Positions 20,108-29,114 are shown, numbered from the stretch's first letter. The stretch: 64,000 nt of DNA from Thermoanaerobaculia bacterium (GCA_963666565.1 OY762911.1:1920001-1984000); one strand, 5' to 3'. Made by a program: numbers and translations. Notes: a model not told the origin generated them from the letters alone.

Positions 20108-21231
20108 GCGCCCGCGACGCTACCAGAGCCGACCGGCCCGTCGTGGCCGTCGGCGGCAGGCGCCACGGTCCCGTGCAGGATGAAACGGCCGTAGTCGATC
20201 CGCCCTTGCGCGACCTCGCGCCAGTGCCGCATCAGGAAGCGCCAGGCGGTCCACGCCGTCCGCAGGGTCCGCCGCCTCGGGCCGGCGCTCTCGTGGAGGA
20301 GCACGACGGCGAGGCCAGCCTGGCCGAGCAGGTAGCACAGGAAGTTGAACCGCGATCCGCGGTAGACCTCGGCGTGCCAGAAGACGAAGCGATGCACGAC
20401 GATCATGCGGACCGCCGCGTCGTCCGACAGGCTCGTTTCGGGACTCTCGCGGTGGACCTGCCGGAAGTCGGGAACGAACAGCAGCGAACCGGGTCCGTAC
20501 CGCTTGCGGACCGCGTACGACAGCATGACGTCCTCGCAGTACGACCAGCGAATGAAGTCGGGGTGGAAGCGAAAGCCCTCGTCGAACACCCGCCGGCGAA
20601 AGACGCAGTGGCCGCCGTGAAGCCACTCCACGGCGTGGAGGCGCGGGCGCCGCCACGCGAGACGCAGGCCCCAGGCGCCGGACCGCAGCACCCGGTTGCG
20701 CCAGAGCGGCGAGACGAGCAAGGCCCGGTACAGGGCGGCGCGCCAGATCCGGCGAACGGCGAAGGCGGCCCGGGCCAGGAACCTGCGCGGCAGACCGGGT
20801 GCGCCGGCGTCCTCGCCGGCAGCAGGCGCGAAGCGCCGGCTTCCGGGGCCTTCCGCCGCGCTGGCGCGGAGGCGGGACTGCACCGTCATCGGACCGGTCA
20901 GGCCAACCGCCCTCGGATGGCGTTCGAAGCAGGCGCGGGCGGCGGCGATGCAGCCCCGGTCGAGCTCCGAATCGTCGTCGACGAAGAACAACAGGTCGCC
21001 GCGGGCGTGGGCGATTCCGGCGTTGCGGGCCGCCGCCGCCGACGGCTTCGGATGGGAGAGGACCGTGACCGGGAGGTCGCCGAACTGTTCGACGATTCGT
21101 CGAGTACGCGTCAGGTCGCCCTGTTCGATGACGATGACCTCGTCGAAGCCGGGTGCGGCCGCGCGGAGGCAACGGGCGACGTCGCGCGGACGGTTGAAGG
21201 TCGGAACGATGAGGGATGTGGTCGTGGGCAA
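20104..21231 (-). CDS. Glycosyltransferase family 2 (paralog 2 of 4)
   Basis: SLIVPTFNR, FFVDDD, NRVLRSG, CEDVMLS; probable TTG start (the ORF extension upstream is REP sequence). Confidence 0.85.
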   Translation of the reverse strand: MPTTTSLIVPTFNRPRDVARCLRAAAPGFDEVIVIEQGDLTRTRRIVEQFGDLPVTVLSHPKPSAAAARNAGIAHARGDLLFFVDDDSELDRGCIAAARACFERHPRAVGLTGPMTVQSRLRASAAEGPGSRRFAPAAGEDAGAPGLPRRFLARAAFAVRRIWRAALYRALLVSPLWRNRVLRSGAWGLRLAWRRPRLHAVEWLHGGHCVFRRRVFDEGFRFHPDFIRWSYCEDVMLSYAVRKRYGPGSLLFVPDFRQVHRESPETSLSDDAAVRMIVVHRFVFWHAEVYRGSRFNFLCYLLGQAGLAVVLLHESAGPRRRTLRTAWTAWRFLMRHWREVAQGRIDYGRFILHGTVAPAADGHDGPVGSGSVAGA

Positions 21232-21277
21232 GGCTGTTCCGTGGCGATGGGACCGGCTTTCGGCCGGCGCGTGCTCT

Positions 21278-21335
21278 CTGGCCGCCTTCGGCGGCAGCGG
21301 GTCGGAACCCGGGCACCCGGCAGGTCCGCGCACCC
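21278..21335 (-). repeat. Interrupted REP-like palindrome, arm A type
   Basis: CTGGCCGCCTTCGGCGGCAGCGGGTCGGAACCCGGGCACCC...CCGCGCACCC. Confidence 0.7.
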
Positions 21336-21362
21336 GGCGGGCGGCGGTTATCGTACGGCAGG

Positions 21363-22730
21363 ATGCGGATCGCCATCGTGCTCCCGAATCTCTTCGGCGG
21401 CGGGGCCGAGCGGGTGGCGCTCGCGCTCGGCGCCGGCCTCATCGACCGGGGGCACGAAGTCGACCTGGTTCTGCTCGAACCCACCACCAACTGCGAGGAG
21501 GAGATTCCCGCGGCGGCGCGGCTGTTCCGGATCCGCGCCCGCCCGGGGAGGCCCAGCGGGCCCCTGTGCGAACGCCTCGAACGCTGCACGCCGGCCGTCC
21601 TGCCCTCGGCACCGCCGCGAGGGCGCGTCGAGCGCCTGCTGGCCCCGGGCGGCGCGCGATTGGCGCGGCACAAGGTCCTGACGTTGCTGGGGCGAGAGCC
21701 GTCCATCTTCCGGCGGGTCGATGCGGTGACGGAGTACGTGCGGCGTGAACGCCCCGACTGCCTGGTGCCGATGCTTGCCCGCGCCAAGATCGCGACGCTC
21801 GCGGCGAGTGCCGGACACGGGCGGTTCCAGCAGGCGACGAGTACCGAGGCGGCGCGGTCGACGCGGGCGGCGAGCACCGGGGCCGCGCACTTTCCGCCGG
21901 TCGTTCCCTGCGTCCACCTGCCGGTGTCGTCCCACGAGACGACCCGCCGCCGGCTGTACCGGAAGTTCCTGCCGTCGGCCGCACGCGTCGTTGCCGTCAG
22001 CCAGGGCCTCGCCGACGAGGTGGCGGCGTCCACCGGGATGCCCCGCGAGCGCGTCAGCGCGATTTACAACCCGGTCTTCGGGCCGCACCTGGACGACCGG
22101 ATGAACGCAACGCCCGACCATCCGTGGCTGGCGCCCGGCGCTTCGGACGGACCGCCGGTCGTGCTGGCGGCGGGCCGCCTGGCGCCGCAGAAGGACCTCC
22201 CGCTCCTTCTGCGAGCCTTCGCCCGCGTGCGGGTCCGGCGGCGGTTGCGGCTCGTCATCCTCGGCGCCGGACCGGAACGGGCGCGCCTGGAGGACATGGT
22301 CCGCGAACTCGAAATGGAGGAGGCCGTTTCGCTGCCCGGATGGGCGCCGAATCCGCTCGCCTTCATGGCCCGCGCCTCGTTGTTCGTCCTGTCGTCGGCC
22401 TGGGAGGGACTCGGCAACGTCCTGATCGAGGCGCTGGCCTGCGGTTGCCCGTGCGTCAGCACCGACTGTCCCCACGGCCCGGCCGAGATCCTCGGCAACG
22501 GCGACTACGGCCGCTTGGTCCCCGTCGGCGACGCGGCGGCTCTCGCCGAGGCGATGGAGCGGACGCTGGACGCGCCGCCCGGGAAGGAGGCGCTGCGCCG
22601 CCGCGCCGCGTTCTTCTCCCGCGACCGAGCGGTCGACGCCTGGGAGCGCCTCATCGCGGAGGTCTGCGAGGACCGGCACCGGACGCTCGCGGATGCAGGT
22701 AGCCGTAACGGGCGAGCTTCTCCCGGCTGA
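21363..22730 (+). CDS. Glycosyltransferase family 4 (WabH-like, paralog 2)
   Basis: MRIAIVLPNLFGGGAER, AAGRLAPQKD, SSAWEGLGNVLIEALACG. Confidence 0.92.
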   Translation: MRIAIVLPNLFGGGAERVALALGAGLIDRGHEVDLVLLEPTTNCEEEIPAAARLFRIRARPGRPSGPLCERLERCTPAVLPSAPPRGRVERLLAPGGARLARHKVLTLLGREPSIFRRVDAVTEYVRRERPDCLVPMLARAKIATLAASAGHGRFQQATSTEAARSTRAASTGAAHFPPVVPCVHLPVSSHETTRRRLYRKFLPSAARVVAVSQGLADEVAASTGMPRERVSAIYNPVFGPHLDDRMNATPDHPWLAPGASDGPPVVLAAGRLAPQKDLPLLLRAFARVRVRRRLRLVILGAGPERARLEDMVRELEMEEAVSLPGWAPNPLAFMARASLFVLSSAWEGLGNVLIEALACGCPCVSTDCPHGPAEILGNGDYGRLVPVGDAAALAEAMERTLDAPPGKEALRRRAAFFSRDRAVDAWERLIAEVCEDRHRTLADAGSRNGRASPG

Positions 22731-23670
22731 GGCCGAACTCCCGGGTCAGGTAGTCGTCCCGTGCGCCGAGCAGGCGCTGAAGGCGCTCGCGCATCGCGGC
22801 GTCGGGGAACCGGTGCTCCGTCGCCCAGGAGGCGCGCGCCGCGGCCCGGTAGAGCCGGCGCAGCGGCGGCATCCGGGCCAGCACCTCGCTCCCGGCTCGC
22901 AGCACTCGCGGCGGGAGACCGAGCAGCAGGCGCTTGCGCACCGTCACCGGCTTCGACAGCTTGCCCGCCGGCGTGTGGACGCCCACGTTGTGGCGCTCCG
23001 CCCGGAACGCCCGCTCCAGTTCGGCCGGCTCGGCCTCCAGGCAACGCCCGAGCCGGCCGAGCCAGGCCGCCCGGTCGTGGTTCAGGTCCTCGTAGAGCAG
23101 GACCTCGACCCTGGCGAACGCGCGCCGCACCGCGCGCAGCCACGCGCCGAAGTCGGGGACCAGCCACGGGGCCTCGCCGGCGCCGTCGCGCAGCAGCGCG
23201 CGGAGGAACCGGTCCAGGGTGCGGTAGCGCCGGACGGAGTGGAGCCGCCAGTGGTACTGCTCAACGTACAGCGCCAGCAGGAAGTCCACCGGCGCCCGCA
23301 GCGACACGAGCACGGTCACGTCGTCGCCGCGAAACAGCCCGGCGAGATTGCGCAGCATCGTCTCCGCGTCCGCGCCCGGGCGAACGCCGAGCGCTCCGCC
23401 GAAGCGCTCCTCGCTGAGCACGTTCAGCCGGTCCCCGTCGAGCAACGCATCGACCTCGGGCCGTAGCGCCTCGATCTCGCCGGCCCCGAGCCGCCCCGCG
23501 GCGACCGCGTCGAAGGCGTCCGCGAAGGGAAAGTGCAGCACCTCGCGGTCGTCCGCGCTGCGGCCGAGGAAGTTGACGCGCCCCTCGGCGTGCCAGGGCA
23601 TCAGTACGCCGTTCTGCAGGCTGCTCGTGGCGGTCTTCGGCAGCCCGATGTGCAACAGCAGGCGGTACAC
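22651..23670 (-). CDS. Sulfotransferase-like protein (paralog 2)
   Basis: LHIGLPKTATSSLQ, LSEE, SLRAP, LLYEDL; colinear with 11349-12455. Confidence 0.7.
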   Translation of the reverse strand: MYRLLLHIGLPKTATSSLQNGVLMPWHAEGRVNFLGRSADDREVLHFPFADAFDAVAAGRLGAGEIEALRPEVDALLDGDRLNVLSEERFGGALGVRPGADAETMLRNLAGLFRGDDVTVLVSLRAPVDFLLALYVEQYHWRLHSVRRYRTLDRFLRALLRDGAGEAPWLVPDFGAWLRAVRRAFARVEVLLYEDLNHDRAAWLGRLGRCLEAEPAELERAFRAERHNVGVHTPAGKLSKPVTVRKRLLLGLPPRVLRAGSEVLARMPPLRRLYRAAARASWATEHRFPDAAMRERLQRLLGARDDYLTREFGLSREKLARYGYLHPRASGAGPRRPPR

Positions 23671-23862
23671 GGCCTCACGATGTCACGGGCAGGATTCTCG
23701 CGTCCTCCCGGCGTGGTCCACCAGGGTGCTGGCGCCGCAATGGGCCGGTCGGCTCTGGTACGGTACCGGGCGCGTGAACCTCCGGTGCCGCTGCTATCGC
23801 GGCCGGCCTTCGGCCGGCGACCCTGTCGTGCGGGTTGCACCGCCCCGCGGCCCCCTCCGTGG

Positions 23863-23886
23863 GCGGATCGGAAGACCCGCGCATCC
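23863..23886 (-). repeat. Degenerate REP-like palindrome
   Basis: GCGGATCGGAAGACCCGCGCATCC immediately before the SGNH start. Confidence 0.7.
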
Positions 23887-23889
23887 GGC

Positions 23890-25128
23890 GTGACCGCCCC
23901 GCCGGCGCGACGACGCTTCCACCTCTGGGCGGCACGCCTCGGCCTGCTCTCCGCCGGTCTGTGCGCGGCTCTCCTCCTGCTCGTACTCATCGACCCGTTC
24001 CTGCCCGGGGTCGACTGGGTGCCCGCCGCACCTTCGGAGGACTTCCACCACACGCGCCTCCCCGGCGTCTGGATGGCGCAACAGTGGGAGTGGGGTCCCA
24101 ACCGCATTCACATCGACGCCGCCGGCTGGCGCGAAGCCCCGGAGTCCGCCGGCGGCGAAAGCGTCCGCCCCGCCGGCGAACGCTTCCGCATGGCGGTCAT
24201 GGGCGATTCCTACGTCGAAGCAGTGGAAGTCGCCTGGGAGGACACCTTCGTCGCCCGGCTGCAGGCGCGCTCCGGCGGGCGCGCGGAGGTCCTCAACCGC
24301 GGGACTTCGGCCTACAGTCCGCTGATCTCCCTGTTGCGGTGGCGGCGGCAAGTCGTGCACGAGCGACCTACCCATCTGCTACTGCTGCTCTGCTCCAACG
24401 ACGTCGTCGAAGATCGGAAGTACACCGACAACGCCCTGCGCCGCGGCGGCGGCGAAGACGTCGCCCGGTTGTACTGGAGGCTGCCGCCCGGGCCGGAAAG
24501 GCGCGAGGAGGAGAATCGTCTTCGCACCATGTACCGCCGCTGGCACGGCCGGGCGGCCATCGTCGTGGCGTCGCTGAGGGAGGTCCCACCGAGGGATCCG
24601 GATGCGCCTGCCGACCGCTGGCGGTGGCCCGTCCGCAACTGGCGGCGCCAGAACCGGGATCTGCCCCCCCTGACCGCTCGCTACGTTCGCGAACTGATGA
24701 CACGCGCGCGGGAGGCCGGCGTCGAGTTCACGCTGTCGGCGGTGCCGAACAAGTGGGAGTTGGGCGGCCACGTGTCGGAGCCGGAACTGCGCGCCGCGAC
24801 CACGTTCGCCGACCATGTGGCCGCGTGGGCCGCGGCGAACGGCGTCCGGTACGTCGATCTGCAGGCGGCATTCCGCGAAGCCGCCGCCCAGGGGCAGCCA
24901 CTGTTCTTCAAAGTAGACCCTCACTTCGCGCCGGCTGGCCACGCCGTCGCGGCCGAGGCCATCGCCGCCGTCCATCCAGAACTGTTCGGCGCCGCCGGCG
25001 CGCCCCGCGACAGGTTTGGCGGCGCTAGCCGAGGCGAAGCGTCGATGGGTCCAGCGGAAGCGTCGCGAACAGGTGCTGGATCGGGTCGTAACCCTCCAGC
25101 GGGTTCGTGCGCCGGTGGCGGAGCTTGA
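23890..25128 (+). CDS. Membrane-anchored SGNH protein (paralog 3)
   Basis: N-terminal TM; GDSY, NRGTSAYSP, SNDVVED, DPHFAPAGH. Confidence 0.8.
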   Translation: MTAPPARRRFHLWAARLGLLSAGLCAALLLLVLIDPFLPGVDWVPAAPSEDFHHTRLPGVWMAQQWEWGPNRIHIDAAGWREAPESAGGESVRPAGERFRMAVMGDSYVEAVEVAWEDTFVARLQARSGGRAEVLNRGTSAYSPLISLLRWRRQVVHERPTHLLLLLCSNDVVEDRKYTDNALRRGGGEDVARLYWRLPPGPERREEENRLRTMYRRWHGRAAIVVASLREVPPRDPDAPADRWRWPVRNWRRQNRDLPPLTARYVRELMTRAREAGVEFTLSAVPNKWELGGHVSEPELRAATTFADHVAAWAAANGVRYVDLQAAFREAAAQGQPLFFKVDPHFAPAGHAVAAEAIAAVHPELFGAAGAPRDRFGGASRGEASMGPAEASRTGAGSGRNPPAGSCAGGGA

Positions 25129-25323
25129 ACACGGGCACGGCGATCATCCTCAGCCCCGGGCGCTTCGACCGGAGGCGCTGCCAAGCGTCGTAGGACCTCG
25201 CCGCGAGTCAGCTTCCGTCCATCCGCCCGGCGGTGCGACGCTTGGAGTGCCGCCGAGTTGCTCGACCGAATGCGCCGGAAGACCGTGCAGTTTCGCCGCG
25301 GCCGCTCGATCCATCGAAGGAAG

Positions 25324-25356
25324 ATTGTGTCAAGATCATGTTTACTAGTCAATATG
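25324..25356 (-). promoter_or_regulatory. Orphan sigma70-like promoter with overlapping imperfect palindrome
   Basis: AT-rich patch; TTGACT-17 nt-CACAAT on minus strand; CATGTTTACTAGTCAATATG (25337-25356) is 16/20 self-complementary. Confidence 0.5.
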
Positions 25357-25476
25357 TAACGAGAAGTTCGCGTTTCGTCCCGGGCAGGCGTTTCCGACCG
25401 CTGGCGCCGGCGGGTGCCGGGTGCCCGACCCGCGCACGCTGCAGAGGTGCCCTTCTCCTGCCTGTATCTTTCGCCG

Positions 25477-26814
25477 GTGGCGACTTCCCTGATCGTTCCG
25501 ACCGTTGACCGCGTCGACGACCTGGCCCGCTGCCTGGCATCCGTCGCGCGGCTGCGGCCCGGCTTCGACGAGGTGATCGTCGTGGGGCAGGGCGACGAAG
25601 GCCGCACGCGGGAGGTGCTGGCGCGGTTCCCGGATCTGCCGGTCACGCTCCTGCGTTCGGAGGCGTTGTCGCTGCCCCGGGCGCGCAACGTGGGGATCGA
25701 ACGGGCCCGCGGCGACTGCCTGTTCTTCGTTGACGACGACACCGAGCTGCCGCCCGGCTACGTCGCGGCGGCCCTGGACGCCTTCAAACGGCATCCCGAG
25801 GCCGTCGGCCTGACCGGGACCGCGGTGAGCGCCGGGGCTACTGCCAGTGCTGGCGAGGCTTCGGCTCGAACTGAGGATGCGGGGCCACGGACGCACCACA
25901 CCGGGTGCGCCGGGGTGCCATCCGGTTGCCGCCGCAGGCGGCCAGAGAACGCGCCGCGAAGCGGCCGCGTCCGCCGCTGGGCCGGCATCGGCGTCCCGGA
26001 ACGGCTGAAGCACGCCCTGTACGCCTTGCTCCTGGTGTACTCCTGGCGCCGCAACCGGGTGCTGCGGTCCGGCAGCGCCAGCTTCGCGCACGGCGCGGCG
26101 GCGGGGCAGCCGCACGAGGCGGAGTGGCTGCACGGCTGCAACTGCGTGTACCGCCGCCGCGTCTTCGACGACGGGTTCCGCTTCGACGAGGACCGCCTCG
26201 GCTGGGCCCGCGACGAGGACGTGGATCTGTCGTACCGGGTCCACAAGCGCTACGGCCGCGGCTCGCTGCGGTTCGAGCCTGCCCTGTCGCTGACGCACCA
26301 CTCCGGCGCCGACCACGCGGACCGCCTCGAGTCCCCCGAGGCGATGATCCGGATGAAGGTCGTCTACCGGTACATCTTCTGGCGCCTCGAGGTCTACGGC
26401 GGCTCGCCCCTCAACCTCCTCTGCTACCTGTGGGGCCAGCCCGGCTTCGTGCTGTTCCACCTCCTGAACCACCTGCGGGCGCGCCGCCGCTGGCGCATCC
26501 TCCGCGCCGCGGCGAGCGCCTACCTGTACCTCCTGCGGCGGCCGCGGGCGGCGGTGGAGGACCGCGCCGCCACGAACCGTTTCGTGCTGCGAGGGGCTGG
26601 CGGACGGCAGCGCGGCGGGTCGCTGGCGCCCGCCGAGAACTTCGCCGCCGAAGCCGACCGCGCGCGTCCATCCTTCCTGGCCGAGATCTGGGCGTTCATG
26701 GCCGTCAACAAGAAGTGGTGGCTGCTGCCGATCATCGTCGTCCTGTCGCTCTTCGGCGTGCTGCTGTGGCTCTCCAGCACCGCCGTGGCGCCCTTCATCT
26801 ACCCGCTGTTCTAG
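25477..26814 (+). CDS. GT2 (paralog 3 of 4) fused to C-terminal SxtK/DUF5989-like small membrane protein
   Basis: GT2 motifs (FFVDDD, NRVLRSG, DEDVDLS) continue in frame into SFLAEIWAFMAVNKKWWLLPIIVVLSLFGVLLWLSSTAVAPFIYPLF. Confidence 0.82.
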   Translation: MATSLIVPTVDRVDDLARCLASVARLRPGFDEVIVVGQGDEGRTREVLARFPDLPVTLLRSEALSLPRARNVGIERARGDCLFFVDDDTELPPGYVAAALDAFKRHPEAVGLTGTAVSAGATASAGEASARTEDAGPRTHHTGCAGVPSGCRRRRPENAPRSGRVRRWAGIGVPERLKHALYALLLVYSWRRNRVLRSGSASFAHGAAAGQPHEAEWLHGCNCVYRRRVFDDGFRFDEDRLGWARDEDVDLSYRVHKRYGRGSLRFEPALSLTHHSGADHADRLESPEAMIRMKVVYRYIFWRLEVYGGSPLNLLCYLWGQPGFVLFHLLNHLRARRRWRILRAAASAYLYLLRRPRAAVEDRAATNRFVLRGAGGRQRGGSLAPAENFAAEADRARPSFLAEIWAFMAVNKKWWLLPIIVVLSLFGVLLWLSSTAVAPFIYPLF

Positions 26815-26828
26815 CCTCGCCCGCAGCC

Positions 26829-29114
26829 ATGTCGGCGATCCTTGGCATTTCGGCCTTTTACCACGACTCGGCGGCGGCGCTGGTGGTGGACGGCGAGATC
26901 GTCGCGGCGGCGCAGGAAGAACGCTTCAGCCGCCGCAAGCACGACGATTCGTTCCCGGCCCAGGCGATCCGGTACTGCCTGGACGAGGCGGGAATCGCTC
27001 CGGAGGAGCTCGACTACGTGGGCTTCTACGAGAAGCCGTTCCTGAAACTGGAGCGCCTGCTGGAGACCTACCTTGCGACCGCTCCGCGCGGGTTCCGTTC
27101 GTTCCTGGAGTTCGCGCCGCTGTGGGCGAAGCGGAAGCTCCACCTCCCCCGCGAGATCGGCCGCGGGCTGCCCGGCTACCGGCGGCAGATCGTCTTCGCC
27201 GAGCACCACGAGTCGCACGCGGCGAGCGCCTTCTTCCCGTCGCCCTTCGACGAGGCGGCGATCCTGACGCTGGACGGCGTCGGCGAGTGGGCGACGGCCA
27301 CGTACGGGACCGGCCGGGGCAATCGCGTCGAGCTGGCCCGCGAGGTCCGCTTCCCGCACTCGCTCGGGCTGCTGTACTCGGCCTTCACCTGGTTCACCGG
27401 CTTCCGGGTGAACTCGGGCGAGTACAAGCTGATGGGCTTGGCGCCCTACGGGACCCCGAAGTACGCGGACCGCATCCGCGAGCACCTGATCGACCTGAAG
27501 CCCGACGGCTCGTTCCGGCTCGACATGTCGTACTTCGGCTACTGCCACGGACTGCGGATGACCTCGAACCGGTTCCACGCGCTCTTCGGCGGACCGCCGC
27601 GGCGGCCAGAGTCGCCGATCGGGCAGCGGGAAATCGACATTGCCGCGTCGATTCAGGCGGTCGCCGAGGAAGCGATGCTGGCGGCGGCGCGCCACGTCCA
27701 CGCCGAGACGGGGATGCGCAACCTCGTCCTCGCCGGGGGCGTCGCGCTGAACTGCGTCGGCAACGGACGCATCCTGCGCGAAGGCCCCTTCGACGACGTC
27801 TGGATCCAGCCGGCCGCGGGCGACGCGGGCGGCGCGCTGGGGGTGGCGCTCCTCATCTGGCACCAGTTGCTCGACCGCCCGCGGCAGGCGCGGACGCCGG
27901 ACGCCCAGCGCGGGTCGCTGCTCGGCCCGCGGGCGGCAGACGACGACGTCCGGGCCTTCCTCGACGGCGCGGGCGCGGTCTACGAGGAGTACGCGGACGA
28001 CGCGTCCCTGTGCGAAGCGGTGGCCGGCCTGCTGGCGGACGAGCAGGTGGTGGGCTGGTTCCAGGGCCGGATGGAATTCGGCCCGCGCGCCCTCGGCGCG
28101 CGCAGCATCCTGGGAGACGCGCGCAGCCCCGTCATGCAGTCGGTACTGAACCGCAAGATCAAGTTTCGCGAGTCGTTCCGCCCGTTCGCGCCGTCCGTGC
28201 TCCGCGAGCGGGTCGACGAGTTCTTCGAGATGCGGCCGCGCTCGAACAGCCCCTACATGCTGTTCGTCGCTCCGGTGCGCGAGTCCCGGCGCATTGCGGT
28301 CGACGAGACGGAAACGGCCGCTCAGGGGATCGAGCGGTTGCAGGCGCCTCGGTCCGACGTTCCGGCCGTCACCCACGTCGACTACTCGGCGCGCGTCCAG
28401 ACCGTCGACGCGGACCAGCACGGGCGCTACGCCGCGCTGCTGCGGGCCTTCGAGGCGAAGACCGGCTCTCCGGTACTCGTCAACACGAGCTTCAACGTCC
28501 GGGGCGAGCCGATCGTCTGCACGCCGGAGGATGCGTGGAATTGCTTCCTCGCCACGGACATGGACGTGCTGGTGCTGGAGCGATTCGTGATCCGCAAGCG
28601 GGCACAGCCCGATGCCGACGACCCTCCGCCCGAGCTGTCGGTGCGCCGGCCTCCTGGCCGGCATCCGCCGCGACGGGTTCAGACCCGGCCGGCCTCGAAG
28701 GCCCTCCTGGAAATCAATCGGAACCCCTCGGCGCGGGAACTTCGCTGGTTCGGCCTGCTGTTGGCCGCGTTCGTCGCCGTGGCCGGCGGACTCGTACACT
28801 GGCGCCTGGAGGCCCCGGAGGCCGCGCGCATGGCCTGGGCCGCTGGCGCCGCGCTGACCGTCGTCTACGCGGCGGTCCGGCCCTGGCGTCGCTTCGTCTG
28901 GCTGGGCCTGAGCCACGCGGCGTTCCCCATCGGCTGGATCGTGTCGCACTTGGCGCTGGCCGCCAGTTACTTCCTCGTGCTGACCCCGATCGGCCTCGCG
29001 ATGCGCCCCTTCCGGCGCGACCCGCTGGCGCGGGCCCCGGACCGGTCCGCGGCCAGTCACTGGACCGCGCGCCGGCCCGTGCACGACGTGCGCCGCTACT
29101 TCCGGCAGTTCTGA
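26829..29114 (+). CDS. NodU/CmcH/SxtI-family O-carbamoyltransferase fused to C-terminal SxtJ-like membrane domain
   Basis: GISAFYHDSAA, QEERFSRRKHD, EHHESHAASAF, GEYKLMGLAPYG, GGVALNC, EFGPRALG, FRPFAP, NTSFNVRGEPIV; then NPSARELRWFG...YFLVLTPIG...RDPL...YFRQF. Confidence 0.9.
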   Translation: MSAILGISAFYHDSAAALVVDGEIVAAAQEERFSRRKHDDSFPAQAIRYCLDEAGIAPEELDYVGFYEKPFLKLERLLETYLATAPRGFRSFLEFAPLWAKRKLHLPREIGRGLPGYRRQIVFAEHHESHAASAFFPSPFDEAAILTLDGVGEWATATYGTGRGNRVELAREVRFPHSLGLLYSAFTWFTGFRVNSGEYKLMGLAPYGTPKYADRIREHLIDLKPDGSFRLDMSYFGYCHGLRMTSNRFHALFGGPPRRPESPIGQREIDIAASIQAVAEEAMLAAARHVHAETGMRNLVLAGGVALNCVGNGRILREGPFDDVWIQPAAGDAGGALGVALLIWHQLLDRPRQARTPDAQRGSLLGPRAADDDVRAFLDGAGAVYEEYADDASLCEAVAGLLADEQVVGWFQGRMEFGPRALGARSILGDARSPVMQSVLNRKIKFRESFRPFAPSVLRERVDEFFEMRPRSNSPYMLFVAPVRESRRIAVDETETAAQGIERLQAPRSDVPAVTHVDYSARVQTVDADQHGRYAALLRAFEAKTGSPVLVNTSFNVRGEPIVCTPEDAWNCFLATDMDVLVLERFVIRKRAQPDADDPPPELSVRRPPGRHPPRRVQTRPASKALLEINRNPSARELRWFGLLLAAFVAVAGGLVHWRLEAPEAARMAWAAGAALTVVYAAVRPWRRFVWLGLSHAAFPIGWIVSHLALAASYFLVLTPIGLAMRPFRRDPLARAPDRSAASHWTARRPVHDVRRYFRQF

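Noticed and set aside
25477-29114. Saxitoxin biosynthesis cluster
   Set aside because: Only sxtI/J/K-like parts are present; no sxtA/G/B-like genes, and the context is glycan synthesis.
11349-29114. Nod-factor pathway (NodU + sulfotransferase)
   Set aside because: No nodA, nodB or nodC recognisable; Wzx and ligase context points to a surface polysaccharide.
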